From the NCBI GenBank assembly GCA_903908245.1, contig CAIVRE010000014.1, positions 31,963 to 95,962 of the forward strand: a stretch of DNA of 64,000 bases, given 5' to 3'. A program made the position numbers and the translations under genes. Under the pieces are notes generated by a model. It was given only the letters and a program-made list of their open reading frames with translations. It searched no databases and was not told the origin of the DNA. Below, piece after piece: positions 38,435 to 48,365 of this stretch (within the stretch, counting starts at the first letter, position 1; each line of letters opens with the position of its first letter). This DNA comes from Candidatus Omnitrophota bacterium. Its GTDB lineage: Bacteria; Omnitrophota; Gorgyraeia; Zapsychrales; Fredricksoniimonadaceae.

Positions 38435-39991
38435 TCACCATTCGACAGGGAAATAATCTTTCAGGAACTTGCCGCACCAGTGCTCGCCCCTGAGTATCCC
38501 GTCAAAGAACGGGTCGCACACCCGCGCCGCGCCATCCACAATGTCCAGGGGTGGCTGAAAATCGTGCACCTGCTGTTTGCGCATCGAAAGGCCGAAGGGG
38601 TCTTCATCCGTAACCCACCCCGTATCGACCGCGTTCATGAAGATCCCGTACTTGGCCAGGTCGCTGGCGGAAGTATGTGTCAGCATATTGAGCGCGGCTT
38701 TGGCCATATTCGTATGCGGATGCCGGTCGGTCTTCACAAAACGGTGGAATTTGCCTTCCATCGCGGATACATTCACAATATGCTTTCTGCCCGTATTCTC
38801 GCGCTTCATCATCCCCGACAACTTATTGCACAGCACGAACGGCGCGATCGCATTGACCAGCTGCAGCTCGATCATCTCGGAGGTCTGGATCTCGCCCAGC
38901 CGCAGCCGCCAGCTGTTGGTCTCGCGCAGGTCCACCTGCTGAAGGTCGGCGTCAAGCTTTCCGACGGGGAATACCTTCTCCACCGACAGGTCCTGGTCGT
39001 ACACATAGGGGATCTGCGACAACTTGGCCGACGACGATAACCCGACACCCGGGACTTTCGCGGCCCAGGTGACCGGGATATTCGCGGTCTCGCCGCGAAC
39101 ACTGCCGGAATTAAGCCCCAACTGCGCCTTGCAATCCTCAAAAGCACCGAGCAATCCCTGAACATCTTTGGACAGATCATTAAAAGGAAGGGTTTCGTTC
39201 GGGATCATGTGCGCGTAAAAACCGGTAGGCCGCCGCACGGTCTGCGCCGCATTATTGATCAAAAGGTCCAGCCGGTCGTATTTCTGCTCAATGAACTTGC
39301 AGAAGATCTCGACGCTCGGCGTATGGCGCAGATCCAGCCCGTAAATATGCAGGCGGTCACCCCACTCCTTGAAATCTTTTTCTTTGGAATAGCGCATGGC
39401 GCTGTCCACCGGGAAACGCGTGGTGGCGATGACCCGTGCCCCGGCACGCAACATCATAAGAGAAGCCTGATACCCGATCTTGAGCCGGGAACCGGTGATA
39501 AGCGCGACCTGCCCCACCAGCGATGCCGTCTGGAACCGCTTGGCATAATTGAACTGCGCGCACTTCGGGCACATCGCGTCATAAAAAAAATGCAGCCTGG
39601 AGAATTCCGCCTTGCAGACATAACAATTACGCGGGCGAATAAGTTCATTATCCTTCGGCGTTAACGCCTCGGGCCCCTGGATCTGCGCCGGAGCAACGAA
39701 TACGGTCGATGTCCGGGCGCTGCGGATGCCGGTAGACGCGCGGACCTTGCGCTGATGCGCGTCGATCTGCTTAAGTTTTAGCGTCCGGCGGTCCTGGGCC
39801 CGCTTGCGGATCTCCTGCTTGTCAGGACGGGATATGCGCCCGGCCGCCATCATCAAATTGATCCTCTGCTCTTCGGTCAAATGCGCCAGTTGGTCACTGC
39901 CCTTGGACAGCTCATCAAGCATGTTAAGGCACGCCTGAAGCTCTTCGGGGGAATATTTCGGTTGAGGGGTATTGTTCTCGGGATTATTCAT
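38435..39991 (-). CDS. Extended SDR oxidoreductase with N-terminal zinc ribbon
   Basis: CYVC...[33 protein letters not shown]. Confidence 0.85.
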   Translation of the reverse strand: MNNPENNTPQPKYSPEELQACLNMLDELSKGSDQLAHLTEEQRINLMMAAGRISRPDKQEIRKRAQDRRTLKLKQIDAHQRKVRASTGIRSARTSTVFVAPAQIQGPEALTPKDNELIRPRNCYVCKAEFSRLHFFYDAMCPKCAQFNYAKRFQTASLVGQVALITGSRLKIGYQASLMMLRAGARVIATTRFPVDSAMRYSKEKDFKEWGDRLHIYGLDLRHTPSVEIFCKFIEQKYDRLDLLINNAAQTVRRPTGFYAHMIPNETLPFNDLSKDVQGLLGAFEDCKAQLGLNSGSVRGETANIPVTWAAKVPGVGLSSSAKLSQIPYVYDQDLSVEKVFPVGKLDADLQQVDLRETNSWRLRLGEIQTSEMIELQLVNAIAPFVLCNKLSGMMKRENTGRKHIVNVSAMEGKFHRFVKTDRHPHTNMAKAALNMLTHTSASDLAKYGIFMNAVDTGWVTDEDPFGLSMRKQQVHDFQPPLDIVDGAARVCDPFFDGILRGEHWCGKFLKDYFPVEW

Positions 39992-40012
39992 TGGATACGC
40001 CGGAAGCGGAAC

Positions 40013-40360
40013 TCACAGCTTGTTGTATTTGGTGTGCCGGCCCTTGCATTTTTCAACGGGGTATTTCGCCGCGTTCTTCTTTGTTTTACGTTCAATGGCC
40101 TGGGGAAGGTCGATCTCCAGATCGTGCGCCAGTTCGAACAGGTACCAGGCCACGTCGGCCAGTTCATCCGCCAGCTCTTCCCTGCACTCACGCCCGTACT
40201 GCACCACTTCTTCGGGTGATTTCCACTGAAAATGCTCCAGGACCTCGGCGGCCTCTAGCACCAGCGAAAGCGCCACATCCTTGTGATTGTGGAACTGCTT
40301 CCAGTCCCGCTCCTCACGGAACTTCATCATCTTCTCGGTGATCTCGCGGATCTCGCCCAT
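40013..40360 (-). CDS. MazG-like nucleotide pyrophosphohydrolase
   Basis: FREERDWKQFH, EAAEVLEHFQW, DELADV, N..KYPVEK. Start MGEIRE. Confidence 0.9.
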   Translation of the reverse strand: MGEIREITEKMMKFREERDWKQFHNHKDVALSLVLEAAEVLEHFQWKSPEEVVQYGRECREELADELADVAWYLFELAHDLEIDLPQAIERKTKKNAAKYPVEKCKGRHTKYNKL

Positions 40361-40511
40361 TGTCCGGCCCTTTTCATTATGATTTATCGCACGAAGTCTA
40401 GCATTCAAGCCTGTAAGTGTCCACTTTTTCATTGCCAAACCCGCAAGCATCATTATATTAGGAAAGACGCGCGAAGCCTATCCTACAGAAAACAAACATA
40501 AAGAGACCTCT

Positions 40512-42320
40512 ATGTCCGTTGAAAAACGCTCTGTCACACGCTTTGAACTGCTCATGGACGCCGGGTTCGGCGCCCAGAAAGCCGGCGACATCCTTCTTGC
40601 CGCCTTTGTGGCCATGGGGGAATATGTCTACGTGGAACCCATGATCCCCGCCGAGATCTCTCCGCCGATCAGGACCCCGTTCGCCCTTTCCGGCATCATC
40701 ATCCGGCTGGCGGATTTCGACATCACCAATATCGGCAACGACACGGACCTCATCCTGGCCTCGCATGAGGTCGTGCTTGACCGGCGGCTGAACGACAGGG
40801 AATACAACAAGAAATGCACCATCCTGCTCGACACCGGCGACCGCGAGAAGAGCCCGGCCACCTATGACGCGGTGCTCAAACGCTGCGCTGATGAAGGGCT
40901 TGCCGTCACCCTGTTCGATATCGACGCCCCCTCCAAAGAGATCCTGGGAGAGATCAGCGGAAAAGGCCGGAACCTTTTCTACCTCGGCATGCTGTCGTAC
41001 ATCTACAGTATGGACGAAGCGATCGTCAAGGACGAGATCGAGAACGCCCTGGGCAAAAAGTTCAACCCGGAACTTAAAACCAAGAACATCTCCCTTTACC
41101 ATAACGGCTACCAGCTGGCCAAAGGCCTGGGCCTTGTCCGGTACAAGGTCGAAGCCTCTCCCCGCCAGGGCGAAAAGATCCTCATCGACGGCAATACTTC
41201 GCTGAGCATGGGCATCATCGATGCCGGCTTCAAGCTGTTCTCGGGATACCCCATTACTCCGGCATCATCGGTCATGCACAACCTGGCCCGTGAACTGCCC
41301 TCTTACGGCGGCTGCGTCCACCAGGCCGAGGACGAGATCGCGGCCATCGGGGTCGCCATCGGCGCTTACTACAGCGGAGTTCCGGCCATCACGGCAACGT
41401 CCGGCCCGGGTTTGTCGCTCAAACAGGAATTCATCGGCTACGCCCAGTCGGCGGAGATCCCGCTTGTTGTCATCGATGTCCAGCGCGGCGGCCCTTCAAC
41501 CGGCATGCCCACCAAAACCGAACAATCCGACCTGACGCCCGCGGTCTTTGGCTCTCACGGAGACCATACCAAGGTCGTTATCAGCGTATCAAACGTGATT
41601 GACTGCTTCTACGCGCCGCACCTGGCCCGCTACCTGACGGAAAAATTGCGCGTGCCGGTGATCATCATGAGCGACTTCCAGACGGCCAACAGCTATAAGG
41701 TCATCACCAAGCCGAAGATCGTCAACATGAACAATGTGGACGAGATCCCGGATTTTATCCTGGAACGCTTCCACATCCGGCGGCTGCCGGACAACATTGA
41801 AATGGTTCGCCTCAATCAAAGCCTGCCCGGGACGCCAGGCCAGATGCGCCGGGTGACCGGGCTCAACACCAACGCCCAGGGGCAGATCACCACATCGTCC
41901 GCCTCAAGCCAGCGCGGACATCAGGTCCGCAATGAAAAGGTCCACCATGTCCGCCGCGCGCTCACCACGCCCGAACTGTTCGGTCCCGCCGCCAACGATA
42001 TCCTGGTCGTCGGCTGGGGGTCCACCCGTGGAGCCCTCGAAGAAGCCATCGGGCTGGCAGAAAAACAAGGCATCAAGGCGTCGGGGATGCACCTGCGCGT
42101 CGTCTATCCCCTGCCTTTATCGCTTAAAGACGTTTTCGCAAAATACAAGAAGATCGTGACCGTCGAAGTTGCTTACGGCGACGGGCTTAAACCTTCGCCG
42201 CTGGCGCTTTTACTGCGTTCGGAGACACTGGCCGATATCAAACCGCTGATCGCGGAAGCGACCGGACGGCCCGTTCGCCCCAAAGTGATCCTGGAGCGCA
42301 TCAAGGAGGCTTTACAATGA
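40512..42320 (+). CDS. korA: 2-oxoacid:ferredoxin oxidoreductase alpha (gamma-alpha fusion)
   Basis: GYPITPAS, QAEDEIAA, TSGPGLSLK.E, QRGGPSTGMPTKTEQSD, GWGST. Confidence 0.92.
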   Translation: MSVEKRSVTRFELLMDAGFGAQKAGDILLAAFVAMGEYVYVEPMIPAEISPPIRTPFALSGIIIRLADFDITNIGNDTDLILASHEVVLDRRLNDREYNKKCTILLDTGDREKSPATYDAVLKRCADEGLAVTLFDIDAPSKEILGEISGKGRNLFYLGMLSYIYSMDEAIVKDEIENALGKKFNPELKTKNISLYHNGYQLAKGLGLVRYKVEASPRQGEKILIDGNTSLSMGIIDAGFKLFSGYPITPASSVMHNLARELPSYGGCVHQAEDEIAAIGVAIGAYYSGVPAITATSGPGLSLKQEFIGYAQSAEIPLVVIDVQRGGPSTGMPTKTEQSDLTPAVFGSHGDHTKVVISVSNVIDCFYAPHLARYLTEKLRVPVIIMSDFQTANSYKVITKPKIVNMNNVDEIPDFILERFHIRRLPDNIEMVRLNQSLPGTPGQMRRVTGLNTNAQGQITTSSASSQRGHQVRNEKVHHVRRALTTPELFGPAANDILVVGWGSTRGALEEAIGLAEKQGIKASGMHLRVVYPLPLSLKDVFAKYKKIVTVEVAYGDGLKPSPLALLLRSETLADIKPLIAEATGRPVRPKVILERIKEALQ

Positions 42321-43240
42321 CAACCCCCAACACCACGACCGGGGCCGGAACGCCGCCAGTCACGACCAAGGACCTGTTTGCCGAGAACCCCCGCTGGTGT
42401 GCCGGCTGCGGCGACTTCGGGATCCTGGCCAGCCTTAAAAAATTCCTGATCGAACGCCAGCTCCGCCCGGAAATGACCGTCAATATCTCGGGGATCGGCT
42501 GTTCCAGCCGGGCGCCCAATTATTTCAATACCTACGGCGCCCACTCGATCCACGGCCGGGCGATCCCGGTCGCGCTCGGGGTTGCGCTGGCCCGTCCGGA
42601 CCTCAACCTGTTCGTGCACTCCGGTGACGGCGACGCCATGAGCATCGGCGGGAACCACCTGCTGCACGGGATCAACAAGAACTTCAAATGCGTATTCCTG
42701 ATGTACGACAACGAGATCTACGCGCTCACCAAGAACCAGACCTCCCCGACAACACGCAAAGGCCATCCGACCTTTACCCAGCCGCAGGGAAGTTTCCTTA
42801 ACCCCCTCAATCCGCTGACCGTGGTGCTGGGGCTGGGCGCCTCGTTCGTGGCCTCGTCGGCTGACTGGATCCCCGACCACCTGACCGACACGATCAAGGC
42901 CGGCTTCGACCATCCCGGGTTCGCTTTCATCCATATTGCCCAGCGCTGCACGCACTTTGACGCGGGGAATTTCGACCACAAAACGTCCGACTGGTTCTCG
43001 TTCCTGAAACACGCGAACGGCATTGAACCCGACAAGCGCCTGGCCAACAAAGCCGAGCTCGTCAACCATGACCCGTCAGACATGGGAACGGCCTTTAAAC
43101 TTGCCGCATCTGACCGCCGTTATTTTGGATTATTTTATCAGGACAGGAACAAACCGCGCTATGACCAGGTGCTGCGCGACCTGGTGGCCAACGCGCCGAA
43201 AAAGGACAGGGCCAAGCTCCTCGACGCATACAACATTTAA
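42317..43240 (+). CDS. korB: 2-oxoacid:ferredoxin oxidoreductase beta
   Basis: WCAGCGD, SGIGCSSR, HGRA, GDGDAMSIGGNH (TPP motif). Confidence 0.92.
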   Translation: MTTPNTTTGAGTPPVTTKDLFAENPRWCAGCGDFGILASLKKFLIERQLRPEMTVNISGIGCSSRAPNYFNTYGAHSIHGRAIPVALGVALARPDLNLFVHSGDGDAMSIGGNHLLHGINKNFKCVFLMYDNEIYALTKNQTSPTTRKGHPTFTQPQGSFLNPLNPLTVVLGLGASFVASSADWIPDHLTDTIKAGFDHPGFAFIHIAQRCTHFDAGNFDHKTSDWFSFLKHANGIEPDKRLANKAELVNHDPSDMGTAFKLAASDRRYFGLFYQDRNKPRYDQVLRDLVANAPKKDRAKLLDAYNI

Positions 43241-43268
43241 CCTCCTTCACCCCCGGGGTGAAGGAGGT
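43240..43268. repeat. 29-bp palindrome (REP-like family B, copy 2)
   Basis: ACCTCCTTCACCCCCGGGGTGAAGGAGGT, filling the gap between convergent stops. Confidence 0.85.
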
Positions 43269-43269
43269 T

Positions 43270-44250
43270 TCAACCCGACTTGAGGACGACTTTCAGGGAA
43301 TCCTTGGCGCCCACCACCAGATCGAACGCCTCCTGAATATTGCTCAGGGGCAATCGGTCCGTGATCAACTCTCTCACCTTGACCTTACCCGTACTGATGA
43401 GCTCGAGCGATTCTTCCAGGTCAACAGGAGCCGCGCCGTACGACGATGTCACGGTGAGCTCTTTTCTCCAGAAATCAGGGATAGGAAGAGGGATATCCCG
43501 GTTGGGAATGGCAAAAAGCAGGACAACACCTTTCTTGTCAACGCAACGGAACGCCTGATCGATGGCGCCAAACGCGCCGGTGCAAATAATGACCTTATCC
43601 GCCGTAAGCTTTACCTCTTGAGCGGCGTTGATCACCTCGTCAGCCCCAAGCTCCCGGGCCTTGTTCAAGCGGAACGCATTGATATCCGTCACCACCACCC
43701 GCGCGCCTTTAAGCTTGGCGAGCACGACATTCATCAGCCCGGAAACACCCGCGCCAAGGATAAGGACCGTCTGCCCCGCCCGCACATCAATAAGCCGAAG
43801 GCCCCTGACGCCGCAAGCCAGCGGCTCGATCATGGTGCCTTCCTCGTAGGAAACATGCTCCGGCAGGACATAGACCCCGCGCTCGACATTGATCTGAGGG
43901 ATACGGATGAATTCACTGTATCCGCCGGGATCATAATTGCCCTGATGCAGGGTATCGCAAGCCGTATGGTTCCCCGCCTGACAATACTTGCACTGCCCGC
44001 ACGGCACATGATGGCTCACGAAAACCCGCTCGCCGACTTTATATTTGGAAGACTGTGACTCGATAATTTCGCCGCTGATCTCATGGCCCAGGATGCGCGG
44101 GCCTTTCTTGACGCGGTACCATTCCATCACATCCGTCCCGCAAATACCGCTGGCACGCATTTTGACCAGGATCTCGCCGGGGCCGATCACGGGAACAGGC
44201 AATTCTTCAATGCGGACATCTTTATTGTTGTAATATCTGGCAACGATCAT
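43270..44250 (-). CDS. Zn-dependent (MDR) alcohol/polyol dehydrogenase
   Basis: GICGTD, GHE, CGQCKYC...C, EPLAC, GAGVSG. Confidence 0.9.
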   Translation of the reverse strand: MIVARYYNNKDVRIEELPVPVIGPGEILVKMRASGICGTDVMEWYRVKKGPRILGHEISGEIIESQSSKYKVGERVFVSHHVPCGQCKYCQAGNHTACDTLHQGNYDPGGYSEFIRIPQINVERGVYVLPEHVSYEEGTMIEPLACGVRGLRLIDVRAGQTVLILGAGVSGLMNVVLAKLKGARVVVTDINAFRLNKARELGADEVINAAQEVKLTADKVIICTGAFGAIDQAFRCVDKKGVVLLFAIPNRDIPLPIPDFWRKELTVTSSYGAAPVDLEESLELISTGKVKVRELITDRLPLSNIQEAFDLVVGAKDSLKVVLKSG

Positions 44251-44284
44251 AAAAATAAACGTCCTTAATATCCGTTGGCTCGCC

Positions 44285-44309
44285 GGGCGGCTTATCAGGT
44301 CGCCCCTAC
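44285..44309 (-). repeat. Canonical GTAG-type REP element
   Basis: Minus strand GTAG-GGGCGAC-CTGATAA-GCCGCCC. Confidence 0.7.
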
Positions 44310-44322
44310 GCCAATGCCGGCG

Positions 44323-45108
44323 TTACGCTTTGGCACCGTGGAATATTTCCCGGGCCTGCTTCAAAGAAACATTCTGATGCACAATGGCCTGCAGGGCCTT
44401 GGCCATGGCGACGGGATTCGAGCTCTGCCAGACATTCCGGCCCAGGTTCAGCCCCACCGCGCCTTTCTGCATTCCGTCGTGAACAAATTCCAGAACGCCC
44501 TCTTCCGTCTCGCACTTCGGGCCGCCGGCCATGATGACCGGCACAGGGCACCCCTGCACCACTTTATCAAAATCCTTGTCGCACCAGTAGGTCTTGACCA
44601 CCCTCGCGCCCAGTTCCGCCGCGATCCGGCAGCACAAACCCAGATAGCGCGCGTCGCGCTTTTCCATCTCGCGGCCGACAGCCGTAACCGCCATCACCGG
44701 GATCCCGTAAGGTTCGCACAGGTTCACCAGCGTCGAAAGGTTCTTCAATGTTTCTTTCTCATGGTCACTGCCGATAAAAACTGAAACACCCACCGCGCAG
44801 GCATTGAGCCGGATGACCTCATCGACAGATGTCGTGATCTCTTCATTGGCCAGGTCTTTGCCTACCATACTGGTACACCCCGAAACCCTGAGGATGATCG
44901 GCTTGCTGCCAACAGGGTCGATCGCCGCGCGCAAAACACCGCGCGTACAAAAAAGAGCATCCACATAAGGCAGCAGCGGCTTGATCGTTTCCGCCGGCCG
45001 TTCAAGGCCCTTGGTCGGCCCCTGAAAATACCCATGATCGATCGGCATGAAAAAACATTTGCCGTTCGGCATTAACTGACTTAACCGATTTTTCATTCCC
45101 CAGTCCAT
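44323..45108 (-). CDS. lsrF: LsrF-family class I aldolase/thiolase
   Basis: MDWGMKNRL, DHGYFQGPT, RIAAELGA.VVKTY, AGGPK, GRNVWQ. Confidence 0.9.
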   Translation of the reverse strand: MDWGMKNRLSQLMPNGKCFFMPIDHGYFQGPTKGLERPAETIKPLLPYVDALFCTRGVLRAAIDPVGSKPIILRVSGCTSMVGKDLANEEITTSVDEVIRLNACAVGVSVFIGSDHEKETLKNLSTLVNLCEPYGIPVMAVTAVGREMEKRDARYLGLCCRIAAELGARVVKTYWCDKDFDKVVQGCPVPVIMAGGPKCETEEGVLEFVHDGMQKGAVGLNLGRNVWQSSNPVAMAKALQAIVHQNVSLKQAREIFHGAKA

Positions 45109-45140
45109 ACATGCCCCCCTGATATTAAAGATAATTATGT

Positions 45141-45169
45141 AATGTAACGGCAGCCCACGGTTCCGTCAA
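45141..45169 (-). promoter_or_regulatory. Sigma70-type promoter for lsrF-adh
   Basis: TTGACG-17 nt-TACATT. Confidence 0.5.
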
Positions 45170-45180
45170 GAAAAAGCCTC

Positions 45181-45633
45181 TCACCAGTAAAGCTTTTTAA
45201 ACCTCGCCGAATAACGCTTGATCCATTTACGCGAAGCATCTTCCAGAGAAACCTGCTTGCCTGACTGCAAACTCAACAGATCACGGAACTCCGCGATCAG
45301 GTAGATCTGCTCGATCATCTTGACCTTGAACGCTTCCTGGATCCTCAAAAAACTCACGGCAATATCAAAAAGCCTGGTTTCCGCATTCTTCGTACAACGC
45401 ACGACCCTGGCTTTAACACTGAACATCTTGTCCTCAAAAGGCATTTTAACCACGATCCTCGTCCCGTCTTTGACCATGTTCTTGGAAGAGAATAACAGCC
45501 CGCCCAGGCTCACATTCAACGTCTGGGAACGTTCTTCTTCCTGGCCCTTCTTCTCACTGTCCCCAAGCACTGTATAAGCAAGTGGCATGCACAAAGGATG
45601 ACGAATGAACCTCCGGCTTTCAATGACCTTCAT
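45181..45633 (-). CDS. PilZ domain protein
   Basis: RRFIRHP (RxxxR), NVSLGG (D/NxSxxG), C-terminal KMIEQIYLI...WI.RYS extension. Confidence 0.85.
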   Translation of the reverse strand: MKVIESRRFIRHPLCMPLAYTVLGDSEKKGQEEERSQTLNVSLGGLLFSSKNMVKDGTRIVVKMPFEDKMFSVKARVVRCTKNAETRLFDIAVSFLRIQEAFKVKMIEQIYLIAEFRDLLSLQSGKQVSLEDASRKWIKRYSARFKKLYW

Positions 45634-45684
45634 AACTCCCCCCGTTCCTTTTCTTTAAAATGTACCCATCCCCGCCCGACGATC

Positions 45685-47367
45685 TCAAATATCCGGCCCC
45701 CCGTCAAACACAGTCAAAGTGAACTCAAGCGGGACAAGCCCCATACTGGACTGTTCCTGGCGGCTTGGGCCAATGCTCAGCCGGGCCGCATCAAATCCGG
45801 CGGCCAAAATAAGATCATTCACGGCTTTGGCACGCGCAGCCGCCAAAGACTGCAGGGCCGGCTTATCCGCAACGCCATTACCGATCAACTGCCGCTTGAT
45901 CTCCTCTACGATCTTATCATCGTTATAAGCGCCTTCTTTGATCTTATATTTTTTCGTGATCTCCCATAGTTCACGGATACCGACCCTGCGCTGATATAAC
46001 ATCTGGTATATCCAGCTCTCGGAGCGCGTTGATGTCCGACGCAACTCGGCATAATCCTTTGCCAGCGTTTCCGTCTTGATCGCCTTCCAATCGAGATCGG
46101 GGTCATAACCGCCGTTGACCTCAAGCCTGAGCTTCGGATGCTCCTTAAGCCCCTGCAGCAGCGTATGGATCTTGACCTTCTCGGCGTCAGAAATATCAGC
46201 CTTGCCTGGCACGAACCGGACATACCCCAATTCATCCGTCCCGCTATCCACGCCGATCGCCGACCCCAGAAAAGCGAACGGCTTGGTAACAAGCCCTGTA
46301 AAGAAATTCGTCACGACCTGTCCGATCAGCGGCCAGTAATGAAAATCAGGCTTGCTCATATCACCCGTCACAGGAAGCGATATTTTAATGCGTCCCTGCG
46401 GGTCTTCCAGCAACGCCACCACCAGGCCGAACGGCAGCGGCAAAGCATCCTTGCTTTCCACCTTCTGACCAAAAGCAAAGCGCTGGACCAGGATCTTATG
46501 CGCGGCTGTCAACTTGTTCCCGCTGATACGATAATCCGTCTTGAACTCCAATACGCCACCCTTAAGCGCCCGTCCGGTATATTTCCCGACATAAGGGGTC
46601 AATACGTCCAACGCAAAACCATTAAAGGAAAAACTTGCTTCAAGCTCGACAGGCTGGACGAATGGCTTGATGTTCACTTCAGAATTGATGATCCCTTTAC
46701 TCCCCAGCTTTGCCTGAAAAACAACCCTGGCCAACCCATCCCGCCGGGTGGAAAGGCCCGTAACCCGCACATCGATGTCGCTTAAAGCAACGGAAAAGTT
46801 GGGATGAATCGTACGGTCGAGAAAATTCACGCGGCTATTCTTGAGCGTGATAACGTCAACCACGACCAAAGGCAAAGAAGGCATAGGCACCGCCACGGCC
46901 AGTCCCTGCAGCTTGGACGGATTTTTCTGAAGAGCGATCGCCGCCGCAGGCGCCGACTTCTCCCCCGATGGAACAAGATCCATCAGGTTCACATGCCCGC
47001 CGTCTGACAGGACCATATTGACCTTCAGTCCGTCCACCGACAATGATTCCACGCGATATGCTTGCTTGAACAGCGCAATAAAACTGACATCCACCCCCAG
47101 CCGGTCAAAACCCGCCATGACCTGCCCGTCCGTATCAAGCACCGCAAGTCCACGCACATCCAGCTGCCATAAAAAAGGATTGAACATCACCGAAGCGACC
47201 CTGACAGGATGCCCGAGGATCCTGGTCCCCTGGCTTTCAACGCCGAATTTTAACGCCAACGGTAAAACAACAGCAGCCGCAAAAAGATAAAAAACATAAC
47301 AACCAGCCGCGATCTTCAGAAACCAAGGAACAATCCTTTTCAACATATCAACCCCTGCCTCAAACAC
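45685..47367 (-). CDS. DUF748 domain protein
   Basis: N-terminal anchor, 'FNPF', 'TPYVGKY.G', 'LPFGLVVALLED..G.I.ISLPVTGD', OmpA-like end 'LAAARAKAV'. Confidence 0.8.
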   Translation of the reverse strand: MFEAGVDMLKRIVPWFLKIAAGCYVFYLFAAAVVLPLALKFGVESQGTRILGHPVRVASVMFNPFLWQLDVRGLAVLDTDGQVMAGFDRLGVDVSFIALFKQAYRVESLSVDGLKVNMVLSDGGHVNLMDLVPSGEKSAPAAAIALQKNPSKLQGLAVAVPMPSLPLVVVDVITLKNSRVNFLDRTIHPNFSVALSDIDVRVTGLSTRRDGLARVVFQAKLGSKGIINSEVNIKPFVQPVELEASFSFNGFALDVLTPYVGKYTGRALKGGVLEFKTDYRISGNKLTAAHKILVQRFAFGQKVESKDALPLPFGLVVALLEDPQGRIKISLPVTGDMSKPDFHYWPLIGQVVTNFFTGLVTKPFAFLGSAIGVDSGTDELGYVRFVPGKADISDAEKVKIHTLLQGLKEHPKLRLEVNGGYDPDLDWKAIKTETLAKDYAELRRTSTRSESWIYQMLYQRRVGIRELWEITKKYKIKEGAYNDDKIVEEIKRQLIGNGVADKPALQSLAAARAKAVNDLILAAGFDAARLSIGPSRQEQSSMGLVPLEFTLTVFDGGPDI

Positions 47368-47562
47368 TGCGCTCTTATCTACCTAAATCGCGCCCCTTTA
47401 CGGCCAGCAACACCGGTATTTTCAAGAATACTAATATTAACACGCCCGCGAGCTTGAACACAAGTCCGAAAGTTTTCTTGAAATACAAAGTATTAAAGAT
47501 AAAATAATTTATTGCAACCGTTGGAGAACGACCGTTCAACATTCATAAACGCAGGAGGAACA

Positions 47563-47622
47563 ATGGGCGACAAGAATCCGAAGAACAAGATCAAGAAGGG
47601 CAAGACAGCGAAAAAGAAGTAA
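47563..47622 (+). CDS. 19-aa Lys-rich microprotein MGDKNPKNKIKKGKTAKKK
   Basis: AGGAGG 4 nt before ATG; upstream TTGAAA-16-TAAAAT (47478-47505); downstream terminator. Confidence 0.65.
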   Translation: MGDKNPKNKIKKGKTAKKK

Positions 47623-47652
47623 TCAGCAAAAACCGCGATCCATCGCGCAAAG

Positions 47653-47686
47653 AAAAAGCCGGACGTTTAAAACCGTCCGGCTTTTT
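47653..47686. terminator. Bidirectional intrinsic terminator
   Basis: AAAAAGCCGGACG-tttaaaac-CGTCCGGCTTTTT. Confidence 0.88.
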
Positions 47687-47713
47687 ACATTACACCCTAT
47701 AAAAAACTGCGGC

Positions 47714-48190
47714 TTATTTCGCGGCCGATAGCGGCACAACAGCCTTGGCCTGAACCTCGGCCCTCGTTTTCTCCTGGATCCCCTTCCACTGCTTCCACTG
47801 CTCGGCCGACAACACCGCCTCGACCTTGCGGGAAACCTCGAGGTCGCGGCAGGTGTTATCCACCTGGATATCCGCGATCTTCTGCAGCTGAGCGCGGATC
47901 TTCTTGATTTCTTCCCGTTCGGAAACCATCTTGTTAAGGTCCTGACGCAAGATCGTGATCTGCTGGGTCTTGGCCAGCAACGCGTCCTTCAGGCCGCCTG
48001 TAAGCGTTTTAATATCCGTGACCTGTTTATCCGTCAGCCCCAATTCCTTCTGGAAAGAAAAGATCGTCTTTCCCTCGGCCGGCTGCGCCACAGGCGCGGC
48101 CGCGGCCGGGACCACAGGCTCGACTGCCAGCGCATAACCAGCCATGGAAAGACCCAAAACCGTCATTACCGCGATCAATAACCTTTTCAT
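47714..48190 (-). CDS. Spy/CpxP-like periplasmic helical protein
   Basis: Signal peptide, ELGLTDKQ and VLSAEQW (LTxxQ-like motifs). Confidence 0.7.
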   Translation of the reverse strand: MKRLLIAVMTVLGLSMAGYALAVEPVVPAAAAPVAQPAEGKTIFSFQKELGLTDKQVTDIKTLTGGLKDALLAKTQQITILRQDLNKMVSEREEIKKIRAQLQKIADIQVDNTCRDLEVSRKVEAVLSAEQWKQWKGIQEKTRAEVQAKAVVPLSAAK

Positions 48191-48281
48191 ATCATCCCTT
48201 TCGTTAAAAGACCCCCGCCGACATCTTTATCGACGGGAAAATAATTCAGAACGATCAGCCTGATCCCGCAGGATCATGCCT

Positions 48282-48309
48282 ATATTACCTCGGCGCGGGA
48301 CTGTGTCAA
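48282..48309 (-). promoter_or_regulatory. Sigma70-type promoter for the Spy-like gene
   Basis: TTGACA-16 nt-TAATAT. Confidence 0.5.
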
Positions 48310-48365
48310 ATTAATTTCTCGCATTGCGCCGCAAAGAACCCGACCATCTTCCTGTCGCCCCTGCC

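Noticed and set aside
43270-45108. AI-2 quorum-sensing (lsr) system
   Set aside because: Only an LsrF-family enzyme with a Zn dehydrogenase; no lsrABCD/K/G/R, so sugar-phosphate metabolism is more likely.
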